Positions 44,693 through 54,436 of a DNA stretch of 64,000 nucleotides are shown in pieces. The DNA lies in assembly GCA_965248265.1 (NCBI GenBank), contig CBDFJF010000002.1, forward strand, positions 544,001 through 608,000, read 5' to 3'. This stretch comes from Candidatus Latescibacterota bacterium (GTDB taxonomy: Bacteria; Latescibacterota; UBA2968; UBA8231). The translations under genes and the position numbers were made by a program. The stretch's first letter is position 1, and each line of letters starts with the position of its first letter. The notes beneath the pieces are model-generated. The model had not been told where the DNA came from. It made no database searches and worked only from the letters and a program-made list of their open reading frames with translations.

Positions 44693-45469
44693 CTAGTCGC
44701 GAAACGAGGGGTCTTGCTGCTCGATAAGCCGTACCAGCGCGTCGAACTCGAACTCGAGCTGGCCGAAGTCGGCGGCGCAACGCGCGAACTCCTCCATCTG
44801 TCGCACGGAGCGCTCGATGGATTCGGGTGGCGGGTAGCGCAACGGACCGGCCGCCATGGCGTCGAGCTGCACCTGACAGGCGCGCTCGAGGCGATAGAGG
44901 TGCAGGAAGGCTTCGGGTATGGTGCTGCCGACGGTGAGTAGGCCGTGATTGCGCAGGATAAGCGCATTCGCCGAGCCCAGATCGCCGGCGAGCTTCTCGC
45001 GCTCCTCCAGCAGCAGCGTCGAGCCCTCAAACTCGTGGTAGGCCAGACGCCCGTGAAAGCTCATCGCGTTCATGCTCACCGGCTCGAGGTTGCAGTCCAC
45101 GGCCGCCATGGCCATGCCGGCGCGGGTGTGGGTATGCATGACGCAGTGGCCGTCGTCGCGGTGCTCGTGGATGGCGCTGTGGATGACGAAGCCGGCCGGA
45201 TTGAAGGGATGCTCACCACTGACGACGTTGCCCTCCAGGTCGATCTCGATCAAACTCGAAGCCGTGATTTCATCGTAGCGCAGTCCATACGGATTAATGA
45301 GGAAGTGATGCTCCGGACGGGGCAGGCGCATGGAGATATGGCCGTAGACGAGTTCACACCAGCCGAGGTGATCGAAGATCCTGTAGGCGGCGGCCAGCTG
45401 CACGCGCAGCGCCCATTCGTCCGGCGAAAGGGTGGGATCGGTAGCGGTCTCAGGCAGGGTTGATGTCAT
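44693..45469 (-). CDS. Class II aldolase/adducin family protein
   Basis: LAAAYR, GHISMR, FLINPYG, NPAGFVIHSAIH, CVMHTH, LRNHGLLT. Confidence 0.9.
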   Translation of the reverse strand: MTSTLPETATDPTLSPDEWALRVQLAAAYRIFDHLGWCELVYGHISMRLPRPEHHFLINPYGLRYDEITASSLIEIDLEGNVVSGEHPFNPAGFVIHSAIHEHRDDGHCVMHTHTRAGMAMAAVDCNLEPVSMNAMSFHGRLAYHEFEGSTLLLEEREKLAGDLGSANALILRNHGLLTVGSTIPEAFLHLYRLERACQVQLDAMAAGPLRYPPPESIERSVRQMEEFARCAADFGQLEFEFDALVRLIEQQDPSFRD

Positions 45470-45547
45470 TAGAGTACCTCTCTTGGGGTAAGCCTACATC
45501 TGTCCGGCGACGGGCGCATATTGAGGGTAAAGGGCAAGTCGCACTAA

Positions 45548-45567
45548 CTGATACATTATATGTACAG
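45548..45567. promoter_or_regulatory. AT-rich dyad in a divergent promoter
   Basis: CTGATACAT-TAT-ATGTACAG, containing a minus-strand TATAAT pointing at the aldolase gene. Confidence 0.4.
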
Positions 45568-45639
45568 AAGTCGAGACCGACCAACAGCGATCGGCTTACG
45601 TACACGCTAACGACGAACGAGAGAGCGAGTGAGTGAGTT

Positions 45640-46905
45640 ATGAGAATCCAATCCGTAGAATTGACCCACCTCGATGTGCCGTTCACCAATCACACCGAGC
45701 AGCACATGAAGTACTGGCTGCCACACTGGCGCATAGTGCAACTATGCCAGTTGACGATGGACAACGGCCTGACCGGTCTTGGCGAGACCATCCCCAACTA
45801 CACCTGGGCCGCAGTTCCCGGCGATATCGAGGATCGCATTGTCGGGAGGGAGGCGGGTGAGTTGCTGTGGGATGACAGCTTGGGCGCTGGCGTGCAGATG
45901 GCGCTGTTCGACGCCGTCGGCAAGCATGAGAACGTGCCGGTCTATCGCCTGCTGGGAGAGAAGGTCCGCGACTACGTGCCGCTGTCGTGGTGGGGGATGG
46001 ACATGCCACCCAAGGACTGGGCCAGGCAGTGCAAGGATGCCGTCAAGGCCGGCTACATGTCGGCCAAACTGAAGGCGCGAACCTGGTATGACCTGCACGA
46101 GTCCATCCAAGCCGTACTCGCGGTTGTACCGGAACAGTTCAAGCTCGATTTCGACTACAATGCCAGCCTGGACAATGCCGCTAACGCGGTGGAGCATCTC
46201 AAGAGCCTGGAGCGCTATCCGCAGATGGCCATGATCGAGTCGCCGATTCCGCAGGCCGATGTTGCCGGCAATCGCCACATCCGCGATCGCATCAACAGGC
46301 CGTTGGCCCTGCACTTTGGCAGTCCGCCGATCTCCACGACGCTGAAGGAGGATGTCGCCGACGGCTTCGTCGTCTGCGGCGGGGCCAGCGTCATACGCTC
46401 ACAGTCAGCGATCCTGGATGTCGCCAACAAGCCCTTCTGGCTGCAGCTGGTAGGCACCGGCATCACGACGACATGGGCAGCCCATCTGGGGGTCGTGTGC
46501 ACTCAGGCGAAATGGCCGGCCATCACCTGCATGAACATCTGGAAGGAACAGCTGATCAAGCGTCCGATCGAGGTGCGCGGCGGTTACCATAGCGTACCGG
46601 AAGGGCCCGGCCTCGGTGTTGGATTGAACGAGAGGGTTGTCAAGAAGCTGACTGTCGACTACAGCTGGGTCGATTTGCCCCGGCACGTGTACCGCTACTC
46701 GCGCGCCAACGGTGAGGTTACCTATTTCGGTTGCTCCCGGCAGGATTTACATCGGGCCTATTCGAAAGCGGCCATGCCGGTGAGCGAAGTGGGTTCCGCC
46801 CTGGCGGCGGTCGAGGATGACGGGTCGAAGGCATTCAAGGTGATCTGGGATGCGGTGCAGGGTGGTCGAACGCTGATGCGGCAGGAGCCCACGAGAAAGA
46901 AATAG
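45640..46905 (+). CDS. Enolase superfamily (mandelate racemase/muconate lactonizing) enzyme
   Basis: DNGLTGLGE, QMALFDAVGK...VPVYRLLG, KLK, DFDYN, IESP, VPEGPGLGV. Confidence 0.85.
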   Translation: MRIQSVELTHLDVPFTNHTEQHMKYWLPHWRIVQLCQLTMDNGLTGLGETIPNYTWAAVPGDIEDRIVGREAGELLWDDSLGAGVQMALFDAVGKHENVPVYRLLGEKVRDYVPLSWWGMDMPPKDWARQCKDAVKAGYMSAKLKARTWYDLHESIQAVLAVVPEQFKLDFDYNASLDNAANAVEHLKSLERYPQMAMIESPIPQADVAGNRHIRDRINRPLALHFGSPPISTTLKEDVADGFVVCGGASVIRSQSAILDVANKPFWLQLVGTGITTTWAAHLGVVCTQAKWPAITCMNIWKEQLIKRPIEVRGGYHSVPEGPGLGVGLNERVVKKLTVDYSWVDLPRHVYRYSRANGEVTYFGCSRQDLHRAYSKAAMPVSEVGSALAAVEDDGSKAFKVIWDAVQGGRTLMRQEPTRKK

Positions 46906-46916
46906 ACAGGATCCGG

Positions 46917-48113
46917 CTATTCTACGTATTCCGTACGGCCACCGGTGAGTTCCAGGTCGTAGCTGGAACGCAGCAACTCGGTGAGTACGGGTGGTAACTC
47001 ACCCCGCTGCGCCTTCAACGCCCAGACAGGCGGCACTGAGGTCGGCGGCTGAGTGTATCCATCCGAACCGGCTTTCCGGTAGCAGATCAGAGAGCACCAG
47101 CGGGTGTCTCTGGCGACGGCCTTGGCGGCCACTCCGTGGGCAGCATGTGACAGGCAGCACACGAGCGACCCGGGTGGCAGTGAGAGATGCTCGATCTCGA
47201 GCGCACTTCCCGTAACCGGATGGGTACGGCCGTGCAGCCAGCCTTCCCGCAACTCCTCGTCCGTATCGGCACGACACCCGGTCGGATCACGAAACAGGTG
47301 GCTGCCGCGAACGATCTTCAGGCCGCCGTCGCTCTCAGCCTCGAATCCATTGAGATAGCACAACGTCAGGCTGGCGTTCGCCTGGGCATCATACTCAACC
47401 GGGGTGGCGATACCACAGTCGTCGTAGCGGGAGCCGACCTCGTGGCTGTGCCAGCGTCCACCGCGGTACCCGCCCGGCCGCGACAGCAGCTGGTTGTGAT
47501 CAAAGAAGATGGTGTCACACCCAAGGCACATGCGCTGAAGTTCCAGCATGTGTGGATGGGTCAGGACATTCATCATGAACGGGATGTGACCGGCCGGAAA
47601 GTACTCGGCAAAAACACTGTGATGTCGCAGTGTCCTGACACCGGCCGCGTCCGTGTCCTGCGGCACCGCCTGACTCCCTCCGAGAGCACCTTGAAGTGCC
47701 TCCCTGGTCAGGGTCTCTTCGGGAAGCGTCCGCCCAAGGCCATGCCAATCGATCTCCGTCCAGTCAGCCTGCAACAAGGTGTCGTTGAGGTGCTGGCCGT
47801 ATTGCAGCGCGTCCGTCCATTCCTCGATCGCCTTCGGTAAAATGATCTCCTCGAGCACGGCATAGCCATCGATCAGAAGGCGCTCTCGATCGAATTGCTC
47901 CCTTACCGCGGCCATGTCGAACAGATCCTCTCGGCTCGCCTCCATCTCCTCCCAGTCGCTGCTGGTCCATTGCACTGGTGAGTGGTGGTTGTGGAAGAAA
48001 GCTGGACGTGTCGCCCGGGCAAGCTCGCTGGTCGGACCATGTAGAATCCGTTGCGCATCCGGGTCCGACACTCCAGCCAGGAGTGGGTTTTGAGGCATCG
48101 TCGGTGTGTTCAT
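46917..48113 (-). CDS. PhyH-like Fe(II)/2-oxoglutarate dioxygenase with atypical HSH motif
   Basis: DGYAVLE, WHSHE, GGLKIVRGSH, PPGSLV...HAAHGV, and a downstream Arg (DTRW). Confidence 0.75.
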   Translation of the reverse strand: MNTPTMPQNPLLAGVSDPDAQRILHGPTSELARATRPAFFHNHHSPVQWTSSDWEEMEASREDLFDMAAVREQFDRERLLIDGYAVLEEIILPKAIEEWTDALQYGQHLNDTLLQADWTEIDWHGLGRTLPEETLTREALQGALGGSQAVPQDTDAAGVRTLRHHSVFAEYFPAGHIPFMMNVLTHPHMLELQRMCLGCDTIFFDHNQLLSRPGGYRGGRWHSHEVGSRYDDCGIATPVEYDAQANASLTLCYLNGFEAESDGGLKIVRGSHLFRDPTGCRADTDEELREGWLHGRTHPVTGSALEIEHLSLPPGSLVCCLSHAAHGVAAKAVARDTRWCSLICYRKAGSDGYTQPPTSVPPVWALKAQRGELPPVLTELLRSSYDLELTGGRTEYVE

Positions 48114-48120
48114 GACACTG

Positions 48121-48160
48121 GAGGATAAAGGGCATTATCGTGAGTCCGTCAAGCGCGTTT
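48121..48160 (-). repeat. 40-bp promoter/operator-like cassette, copy 2
   Basis: Identical to 26039-26078; 7 nt upstream of the dioxygenase ATG (48113). Confidence 0.9.
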
Positions 48161-48182
48161 ATTGCAGGGAAGATCACCGGCG

Positions 48183-49661
48183 CTACTCGGCGAATCTGAA
48201 CGAATAGACATCCGCGTCATTCATCACGAATCTGAGCCGCACCGTCTGTCCTACACTGGTTGGCAAGTCCGTGGATCCCTTCCACGACACATGCCTAGAG
48301 ATCTCATCCCCCGTCAGTCCGTCGCAGTCGTCGAGGCGGAACCCCTCCAACGGACGTTCCGACTCATCGAGTAACTCGACCCGCAGGCCCCCGGCGGCAC
48401 TCGTCGAGTAGTTCAGCTCCAGTTTATCGCCGGAATACCTCACTGGCTTCGTGATGGCCTGGCCTCCATCGTACCCGGTGCTCAGCGAGGCGAAGCCGTC
48501 CAGTCTGAGCGTCATCCTCTCCAGATGGGCGGTAGGCTGCTGGTAATGATGCTGCACGAAGATGGACATCTCTGCTTCGCCGGTCTGGATCACCCCGTGC
48601 GCCGGGTAGTTCGTCCTCGTAGTCCAGTTCTCGCCCCCGATCCCCGGCCTGAGAAAGCTCTCCCTGAAGGTGAAGTCGTAGCGATGGCTACCCGCCCTCG
48701 TCGTCATGAAAACGCCATCCGAGCAATCGCCGGTCGAGGAGTGGTGGGACGGCTCGTGCTGACTCTTCGTCTGCAGCTTGCTGAAGAAGATGCGGCCGGG
48801 CAGCGACAGGTAGATGTGATCGGCCCGGAAATACGGAATCGTCTGATTGGTATAGAGCTGCGCCGATGGAGTGATCGAGTCGGTGTCGCTGTACTCCATC
48901 GGCACGAACTCCGACCAGTTCAGGCAATCGGGTGAAGTCGCCCGCGCCGTGGAGCGGATGTAGACACCGCGGGCCCGGTCGCGGGCGATGATGCTGTCGA
49001 TGTCGTGCTCCAGCCGGTACGCGTAGTCCTCGGTGTCTATGAGCTGTCCGTCCTTGCCCACCATGAAGCGGGCGTACATCACGTACTGCGATTCCACGTC
49101 TGACCAGAACATGACGTTCTGACTGTCGAAGTGATTGGGTATCGTCCAGGGAGTCACTGGGGCATCGGCGATTATCCTGAAGCGCGTGCCGTCGCTCGAT
49201 GCGTAGAAGTTCAGGCCCTTCTCTGAAGGCACTCCGGAATGGGCATCCCTCTCCATGTTGGCTTTGTACCGCTGCTGGGATGGCACACCCGGTTTCGCAT
49301 CGAGAAGGGGGCAGAATGCGTTCTGGCAGTTGTCCAGAATGATGTTGTTCTGACTCGAGTCTTCTACTTCGACCAGACCCAGCTCCGGCTTGACCCAGTG
49401 AATGCCATCGGCGCTTTCCGCGTAGCACACGTACTCCAGATTCGCCCGGTAGTACATCCGGTACAGATCGCCGTCCTGAAAGACCGTCGTGAAGAACGAC
49501 GCCGATCCGTTCTCACCTCGCTCCCACGGCTCGTCGTACGCGAGGACGGTGCCGGCCGGTGTCGGATGGTGCAGCTGCAGGCGGCATCCAACCAGGCTGT
49601 CGAGAACGTGATCGTCGACGAAAAGCTCCCTGCGATCGTTCAGATCAATTGGTGTTGCCAT
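48183..49661 (-). CDS. Uncharacterised beta-propeller glycoside-hydrolase-like protein, paralog 2
   Basis: Probable start MATPIDL at 49661; RELFVDD, CYAESADGIHWVKPELG, FDSQNVMFW, LRLDGFAS, LNYSTSAAGGLRVEL, ADVYSFRF. Confidence 0.75.
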   Translation of the reverse strand: MATPIDLNDRRELFVDDHVLDSLVGCRLQLHHPTPAGTVLAYDEPWERGENGSASFFTTVFQDGDLYRMYYRANLEYVCYAESADGIHWVKPELGLVEVEDSSQNNIILDNCQNAFCPLLDAKPGVPSQQRYKANMERDAHSGVPSEKGLNFYASSDGTRFRIIADAPVTPWTIPNHFDSQNVMFWSDVESQYVMYARFMVGKDGQLIDTEDYAYRLEHDIDSIIARDRARGVYIRSTARATSPDCLNWSEFVPMEYSDTDSITPSAQLYTNQTIPYFRADHIYLSLPGRIFFSKLQTKSQHEPSHHSSTGDCSDGVFMTTRAGSHRYDFTFRESFLRPGIGGENWTTRTNYPAHGVIQTGEAEMSIFVQHHYQQPTAHLERMTLRLDGFASLSTGYDGGQAITKPVRYSGDKLELNYSTSAAGGLRVELLDESERPLEGFRLDDCDGLTGDEISRHVSWKGSTDLPTSVGQTVRLRFVMNDADVYSFRFAE

Positions 49662-49782
49662 GATACACGACTCTTGTGCGAGTGAGAATTGGTTCTGGTG
49701 ATGGCCTCGAGCATACAGTATTTTGTCCGCCATGGCTTCTCCCCCCGAAATGCCGTCGCCGGTGCGCGGAGTGCTGGCCTGA

Positions 49783-50670
49783 GTGCTCACTGAAGAAGAA
49801 AAGCGCGCGTTCTTCGAGGACGGGTACGTCATCGTCAGGGAGTTGATTGACGGCGATGAGCTCGAGACGTTATGCGAGCGCTACGCCGACCTCGTACTGG
49901 GACGCAAGCCAGAGTTCCCCGAACGCCACATCTCGCGCCACGAGCCTGGACAGGCTCCGGCGGATCAGCCCGATCCTCACGGCGAGCGGCACCAGCGGCG
50001 TGGAACTCAGGTGTTTCCCAGAGGTGAAGAGCTCTATCGGGCCCGGCGCGACACGCCCATGGAGGATCCTCTCGACGCCGTTTCAAACGTGAGCGTGCCC
50101 TCCCGCTACGACGATGCCTTCGACGCCTGCGCGCGCTCGGAAAAGGTCGTCGACATCGTCGAGCAGCTGATGGGGCCGAATCTCAAGCTCTACTACGACC
50201 AGGTATTCGCCAAACCGCCCTACGCGCCGGCCAACCGCTACCACCAGGATTCCGTGTTCTGGGGCTTCTTCGCCAGTGATTTCCAGATCACCTGCCAGCT
50301 CATGCTGGATGACTCGACCAAAGACAACGGCTGCATCCGCTTCATCCCTGGCAGCCACGAATTTGGTCTCATCGACTGGGATCACCTGCCCTACATGCTG
50401 ACCCCGGATGTCCTCGCGCGCGAGACCCAAGTGCCGCTCGCCGCAGGCGACGCGACGTTCCATCACAGCTTGACCTTGCACTGCAGCGGCCCGAACACCA
50501 CCGCGGCGCGTCGGCGGGGGTGGTCCATGCACTACGTCTCGGCCCGGACGCGCTATATCGGCACGCCCGAGGAGACCGAGAAAGTCAAGCAGCTCGACTG
50601 CCTCGAGGGCCCGGAACCGGTCAATGGCTGGCCGCTCGTCCGAGGACGCGAGTTCCCGGGCTGTGTATAG
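49783..50670 (+). CDS. Phytanoyl-CoA dioxygenase (PhyH) family protein
   Basis: FFEDGYVIV, KPP, YHQD, NGCIRFIPGSH, HHSLTLHCSGPN...RR. Confidence 0.9.
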   Translation: MLTEEEKRAFFEDGYVIVRELIDGDELETLCERYADLVLGRKPEFPERHISRHEPGQAPADQPDPHGERHQRRGTQVFPRGEELYRARRDTPMEDPLDAVSNVSVPSRYDDAFDACARSEKVVDIVEQLMGPNLKLYYDQVFAKPPYAPANRYHQDSVFWGFFASDFQITCQLMLDDSTKDNGCIRFIPGSHEFGLIDWDHLPYMLTPDVLARETQVPLAAGDATFHHSLTLHCSGPNTTAARRRGWSMHYVSARTRYIGTPEETEKVKQLDCLEGPEPVNGWPLVRGREFPGCV

Positions 50671-50699
50671 AGTGAGTTCCCCAGGCTGCGTTTAGCCAC

Positions 50700-51944
50700 G
50701 TGACAAAGGAGATGAGCGAGCTCACGATCCGCGATGTCCGGGCCATCATAACCGAGCCACCCGGAGCCCGCACCCTCTGCATCGTCAAAGTGGAGACGAA
50801 CGAGCCCGAGCTCTACGGGTTGGGATGCGCCTCGTTCTTCTCGCGCGTGACGGCCGTGGCCAGAGCCGTCGACGATTACTTGAAGCCCTTCCTGGTCGGC
50901 AAGGACCCGGCCGAGATCGAGGATATATGGCAGTCCTGCAACGTGTCCGCCTACTGGCGCAACGGACCTGTCCTCAACAACGCCGTCAGCGGCGTCGACG
51001 AGGCGTTGTGGGACATCAAGGGTAAAGTAGCGGGGATGCCGATCTACGATCTGCTCGGCGGCAAGTCGCGGGAGGCAGCGGCCGTTTACGTGATCCCCAC
51101 CGGGGGCAGTAGAGAGGAATACGAAGAGGACATCCAGGATTTGCTGGGAAAAGGATTCCACCACCTGAAGCTGGGCTCATGGCATCCCGACAGGTCAGAC
51201 GACGAGGGCCCGAGGGTCGTGACGCCGAAGACTTCGAACGAAAGGGTATCCCTGTACGAGCCGGCACCGCACGCGCGCGACATCATTGGTGCTTTCGAGC
51301 ACTTCCGCGAAACGTTTGGACGGAATCCCGAAATCCTCTACGACGCCCACGAGCGTCTGCCGCCCATCCAGGGCGTCGCGCTGGCCAAGGACGTGGAGCA
51401 GTACAAGCCGTTCTTCCTCGAAGACGTCCTCTCGCCGGAAGACAACGACTACCACCGCCTCATCCGCGAGCAGACCTGCACGCCCTTGGCCATGGGAGAG
51501 CTCTACAGCAACCCACAGGAGATGGTGCCGATGATCAAGGACCGGCTCATCGACTTCATTCGCTGCCACGTATCCACGATCGGAGGCATCACTCCGGCCC
51601 GCAAGCTGGCAGCGTTGTGCGCGGCCTTCAATGTACGCACGGCCTGGCACGGCTCCGCCGACGTGTCCCCGGTCGGGCACGCCTGCAACTTCATGCTCGA
51701 CATGAACGTGTGGAATTTCGGTATCCAGGAGGCGTCCTGTTACAAGAACACGCATGAGACGTTGAAGGAAGTGTTCCCCGGGGTTCCCGAGGTGCGCAAC
51801 GGCTACATGTGGCCGAGCGGCAAGCCCGGTCACGGAGTCGATCTGAACGAGGAGCTTGCCGCCCGCTTTCCGCCCAAGAACATCGGCGGCCGCAAGCTGT
51901 GGGGGGACGCGCGCCGCAATGACGGCACAGTCATTAGACCCTAG
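50700..51944 (+). CDS. RspA/ManD-type acid-sugar dehydratase (enolase superfamily)
   Basis: ELYGLGCA, YWRNGPVLNNAVSGVDEALWDIKGK, YDAHER, FFLED, AMGE, RTAWHG, NFGIQE, DGTVIRP. Confidence 0.88.
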   Translation: MTKEMSELTIRDVRAIITEPPGARTLCIVKVETNEPELYGLGCASFFSRVTAVARAVDDYLKPFLVGKDPAEIEDIWQSCNVSAYWRNGPVLNNAVSGVDEALWDIKGKVAGMPIYDLLGGKSREAAAVYVIPTGGSREEYEEDIQDLLGKGFHHLKLGSWHPDRSDDEGPRVVTPKTSNERVSLYEPAPHARDIIGAFEHFRETFGRNPEILYDAHERLPPIQGVALAKDVEQYKPFFLEDVLSPEDNDYHRLIREQTCTPLAMGELYSNPQEMVPMIKDRLIDFIRCHVSTIGGITPARKLAALCAAFNVRTAWHGSADVSPVGHACNFMLDMNVWNFGIQEASCYKNTHETLKEVFPGVPEVRNGYMWPSGKPGHGVDLNEELAARFPPKNIGGRKLWGDARRNDGTVIRP

Positions 51945-51980
51945 TGCCCAGCGCACCTACCCACAGGATTGATTCATTTT

Positions 51981-52463
51981 TCAGTCTCGAACGCCCGGCG
52001 GTGGGGCCAGCGGAAAACCTCGACCCTCGTAGTCAAAGCCGCCGAGCTCCAATCGATCCAGGTCGGTCGCCTGCGGTGAAGCGTAGTAAGCGCGAATCTC
52101 CCTGATCAGGCCGGTCTGGCCGTCGAACTCGTACCACTCCATCCCCCGCAACACCGTGCCCTGCTTGGTCTTGAAGTGGGTCCACTCGCCGGCAGCCCGA
52201 TCCGCGTCCGGGGAAACGATCAGTGAATCGATGGTCCAGTAGGATCCCAGGTCAGCGACAGCCGTGCACCACTTTCGGGCGATCAAGTCGGCGCCCATCC
52301 ACGGACCGTCGTACATGCCCGGTGGAAAGTAGTGTGCGCAGTCCGGTGTAAGAGCGGAAATGATCTTCTCGGCGTCGGCCTCGCAACACCCCTCGATGTA
52401 GATCTCGATCACCCGCTCCAGGTCCCGTTTACGGGCAGCCTTCGTTTGCGCGTTCATCGCCAT
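51981..52463 (-). CDS. SnoaL-like / NTF2-fold protein
   Basis: 160 aa; HYFPPG, AGEWT, LRGMEWYEFD...IREIRAYY; GAGG RBS. Confidence 0.75.
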   Translation of the reverse strand: MAMNAQTKAARKRDLERVIEIYIEGCCEADAEKIISALTPDCAHYFPPGMYDGPWMGADLIARKWCTAVADLGSYWTIDSLIVSPDADRAAGEWTHFKTKQGTVLRGMEWYEFDGQTGLIREIRAYYASPQATDLDRLELGGFDYEGRGFPLAPPPGVRD

Positions 52464-52532
52464 GTTCCTCAGTTCGATTGCGCGGTTTGACGATCTCCGG
52501 CTGGTGGTTTCATTCGTCCCGGTGGCCGGACA

Positions 52533-52960
52533 TCACCAGTCCTGCACCGAGCCGTCCTCACGGCGCCAGTGGGGCGGATCGGGATCGGACCAGGGATGCG
52601 CGGCCGCAGCTTCCTCGTTCAGCTCGATGCCCAGACCCGGTGACTCGGGGCAAAGCAGATACCCTCCCTCGGTGGCGAGGTCGTGTTCGATGACTTTGTC
52701 GATCCACCCCGAACTCGGCGCGTATTCCTGGACCGCGCAGTTGGGCACGGACATGTTCAGGTGCAGCATCGCCGCCGTGCTCACCGGACTGGCAGTATAG
52801 TGGAGGGCGAGCTCCTGGTAGTGCACCTCCCCCATGGCGGCGATCTTCTTCCCCTCCGTGATGCCGCCGCCGTGACAGATGTCCACGCGCAGGTAGTCGA
52901 CGAGCTCCCGCTCGATCAGCTCCCGGAAAGCCCACTTCGTCGTCAGCTGCTCCCCCGTGC
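52533..52960 (-). pseudogene. C-terminal half of a galactonate-dehydratase-like enolase enzyme
   Basis: GTGEQLTTKWAFRELIERELVDYLRVDICHGGGITEGKKIAA...PGLGIELNEE...DGSVQDW; in-frame stop just upstream, N-terminal half absent. Confidence 0.85.
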
Positions 52961-53030
52961 CGAAGTCACGCTGACCCGATCACCGACCGCGGCGTGTGGC
53001 CGAATGCCTGTCATGGACAACGCGCTGCAA

Positions 53031-53870
53031 CTAGCGCTCGGGCTCGTCCATCTCCTCCCGTGCTTTGCGCGTCAACTCCCGCAGGTGTCCGTCGTTGGCC
53101 ATCCTCTGCTCCAGGTGCACCATCCGCTGCGGACTGGCCGTCTTGATCATCAGATCTCCGTAGGCCTGGTCTATCCAGAAGCGCGCCAGCACGGCGATAT
53201 TTTCCCGCAGACTGTCCAGTTCGTCGTCAGTGTGCCGGGGCTCGAGGATGATCGTGAACATCCGCCGCCTGGTGCTACCACCGAAGGCCGCATGCTTGAT
53301 CCGGCGGTCGAAGCAGACGAGATCGCCCGGCCGGGATTCCAGCGCCACCGCCGGCATTTCGCTGCCGTCGACACCCAGCCTCTCCTCGAAGTGTTGCTGG
53401 TCTATCCACGGTACCATGTCATTCAACGCCGTCGCATAAACGTCGCCGGTCTTGTGGCTGCCCGGAATTACCCTGAGGCAGCCGGTGTCCTCGGTGACCT
53501 CGTCCAGGTAGAAGGCTGCCTTGATGGTCTGCTTGGGAATTCCGGTGTCGGAGTGCCAGACGGTGTCCTCTACGTGCAGGTTGCCATCGCTTGATTTGTA
53601 GTTGTAGTCGCTGCCGAGCACGTCACAGGCAAAGGCGTCGATGCGAAAGTCGTCGAGCAGTCCGCACAGGTACTCATTGCGGTCGATGAACTGCAACAGG
53701 GCGGATTTACGACGGTAGTCGTGGGCCTGGCCGTGGTGCCCGCCACCGTGGTCCGCCCACACCTTTTCGAACGCCTCGGTAATACGGCCGATGTCGTCAG
53801 AGAACAGGCCGGGAAAGCAGACGAAGCCGAAGGTGTCGAAGAAGCGGACCTGCTGCTCCGTCGGGCTCAT
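53031..53870 (-). CDS. Phytanoyl-CoA dioxygenase (PhyH) family protein
   Basis: FFDTFGF, WHSD, YLD...GCLRVIPGSH, PGDLVCFD...KHAAFGG...RRM. Confidence 0.9.
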   Translation of the reverse strand: MSPTEQQVRFFDTFGFVCFPGLFSDDIGRITEAFEKVWADHGGGHHGQAHDYRRKSALLQFIDRNEYLCGLLDDFRIDAFACDVLGSDYNYKSSDGNLHVEDTVWHSDTGIPKQTIKAAFYLDEVTEDTGCLRVIPGSHKTGDVYATALNDMVPWIDQQHFEERLGVDGSEMPAVALESRPGDLVCFDRRIKHAAFGGSTRRRMFTIILEPRHTDDELDSLRENIAVLARFWIDQAYGDLMIKTASPQRMVHLEQRMANDGHLRELTRKAREEMDEPER

Positions 53871-54313
53871 GCGCGGGCCCGGTTCAACCGGTCCTTGCGG
53901 TAGATGACGGGACAGTGTGCGGGCTCGTCGAGCGCTTCAGCCAGACCTTCGTTGGAATTTTCTGTGCGCAGATGAATGGCGAAACTCCTTCGCATATGGG
54001 TCGACAGGTTGGGGCCGGAGCCGTGATAGGTCAGGTTGTGATGAAAGCTGGCGCCGCCGGGTGGCAGGATCGCGTCGACCTCCTCCCAGGTCACACCCTC
54101 CGGCACGGCGATGGCCTCGCGCTGCTCTTCGTCGGGGGGATCCCGGGTTGCGATCCCCCCCTTGGAAGCATGCTGGTGTCGTATCCCGCGGATGGCATCC
54201 ATGCCTTCGGTGGCACGACGAAGGAGCTCATCGGGAACGAGGGGCTCCTGATGCAGGTAGAACCCATCGGCTTCATACTGTGCCCGGGCTGCAGACAGTG
54301 GTTGCGTCTCCAT
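53867..54313 (-). pseudogene. PhyH-family gene with large internal deletion
   Basis: N-terminal QYEADGFYL is fused to C-terminal GGASFHHNLTYHGSGPN...RRSFAIH in only 148 aa; the HxD and PGSH segments are missing. Confidence 0.75.
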
Positions 54314-54436
54314 CGAATGTCTCTCCTGACACACGGCGAGTCCGACGCGGCTGGTGCATCTGGAACAGCTGTTCGAGCGCCATGCCCTGGTACATCCAGA
54401 CGACACCGTGCAGCGTCCGTTTCCCGGGCGCCGAGG

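Noticed and set aside
54320-54436. Coding-like stretch between two genes (also 31754-31895 and 56880-57135)
   Set aside because: Probably further gene stubs, but no family could be assigned, so not annotated as features.
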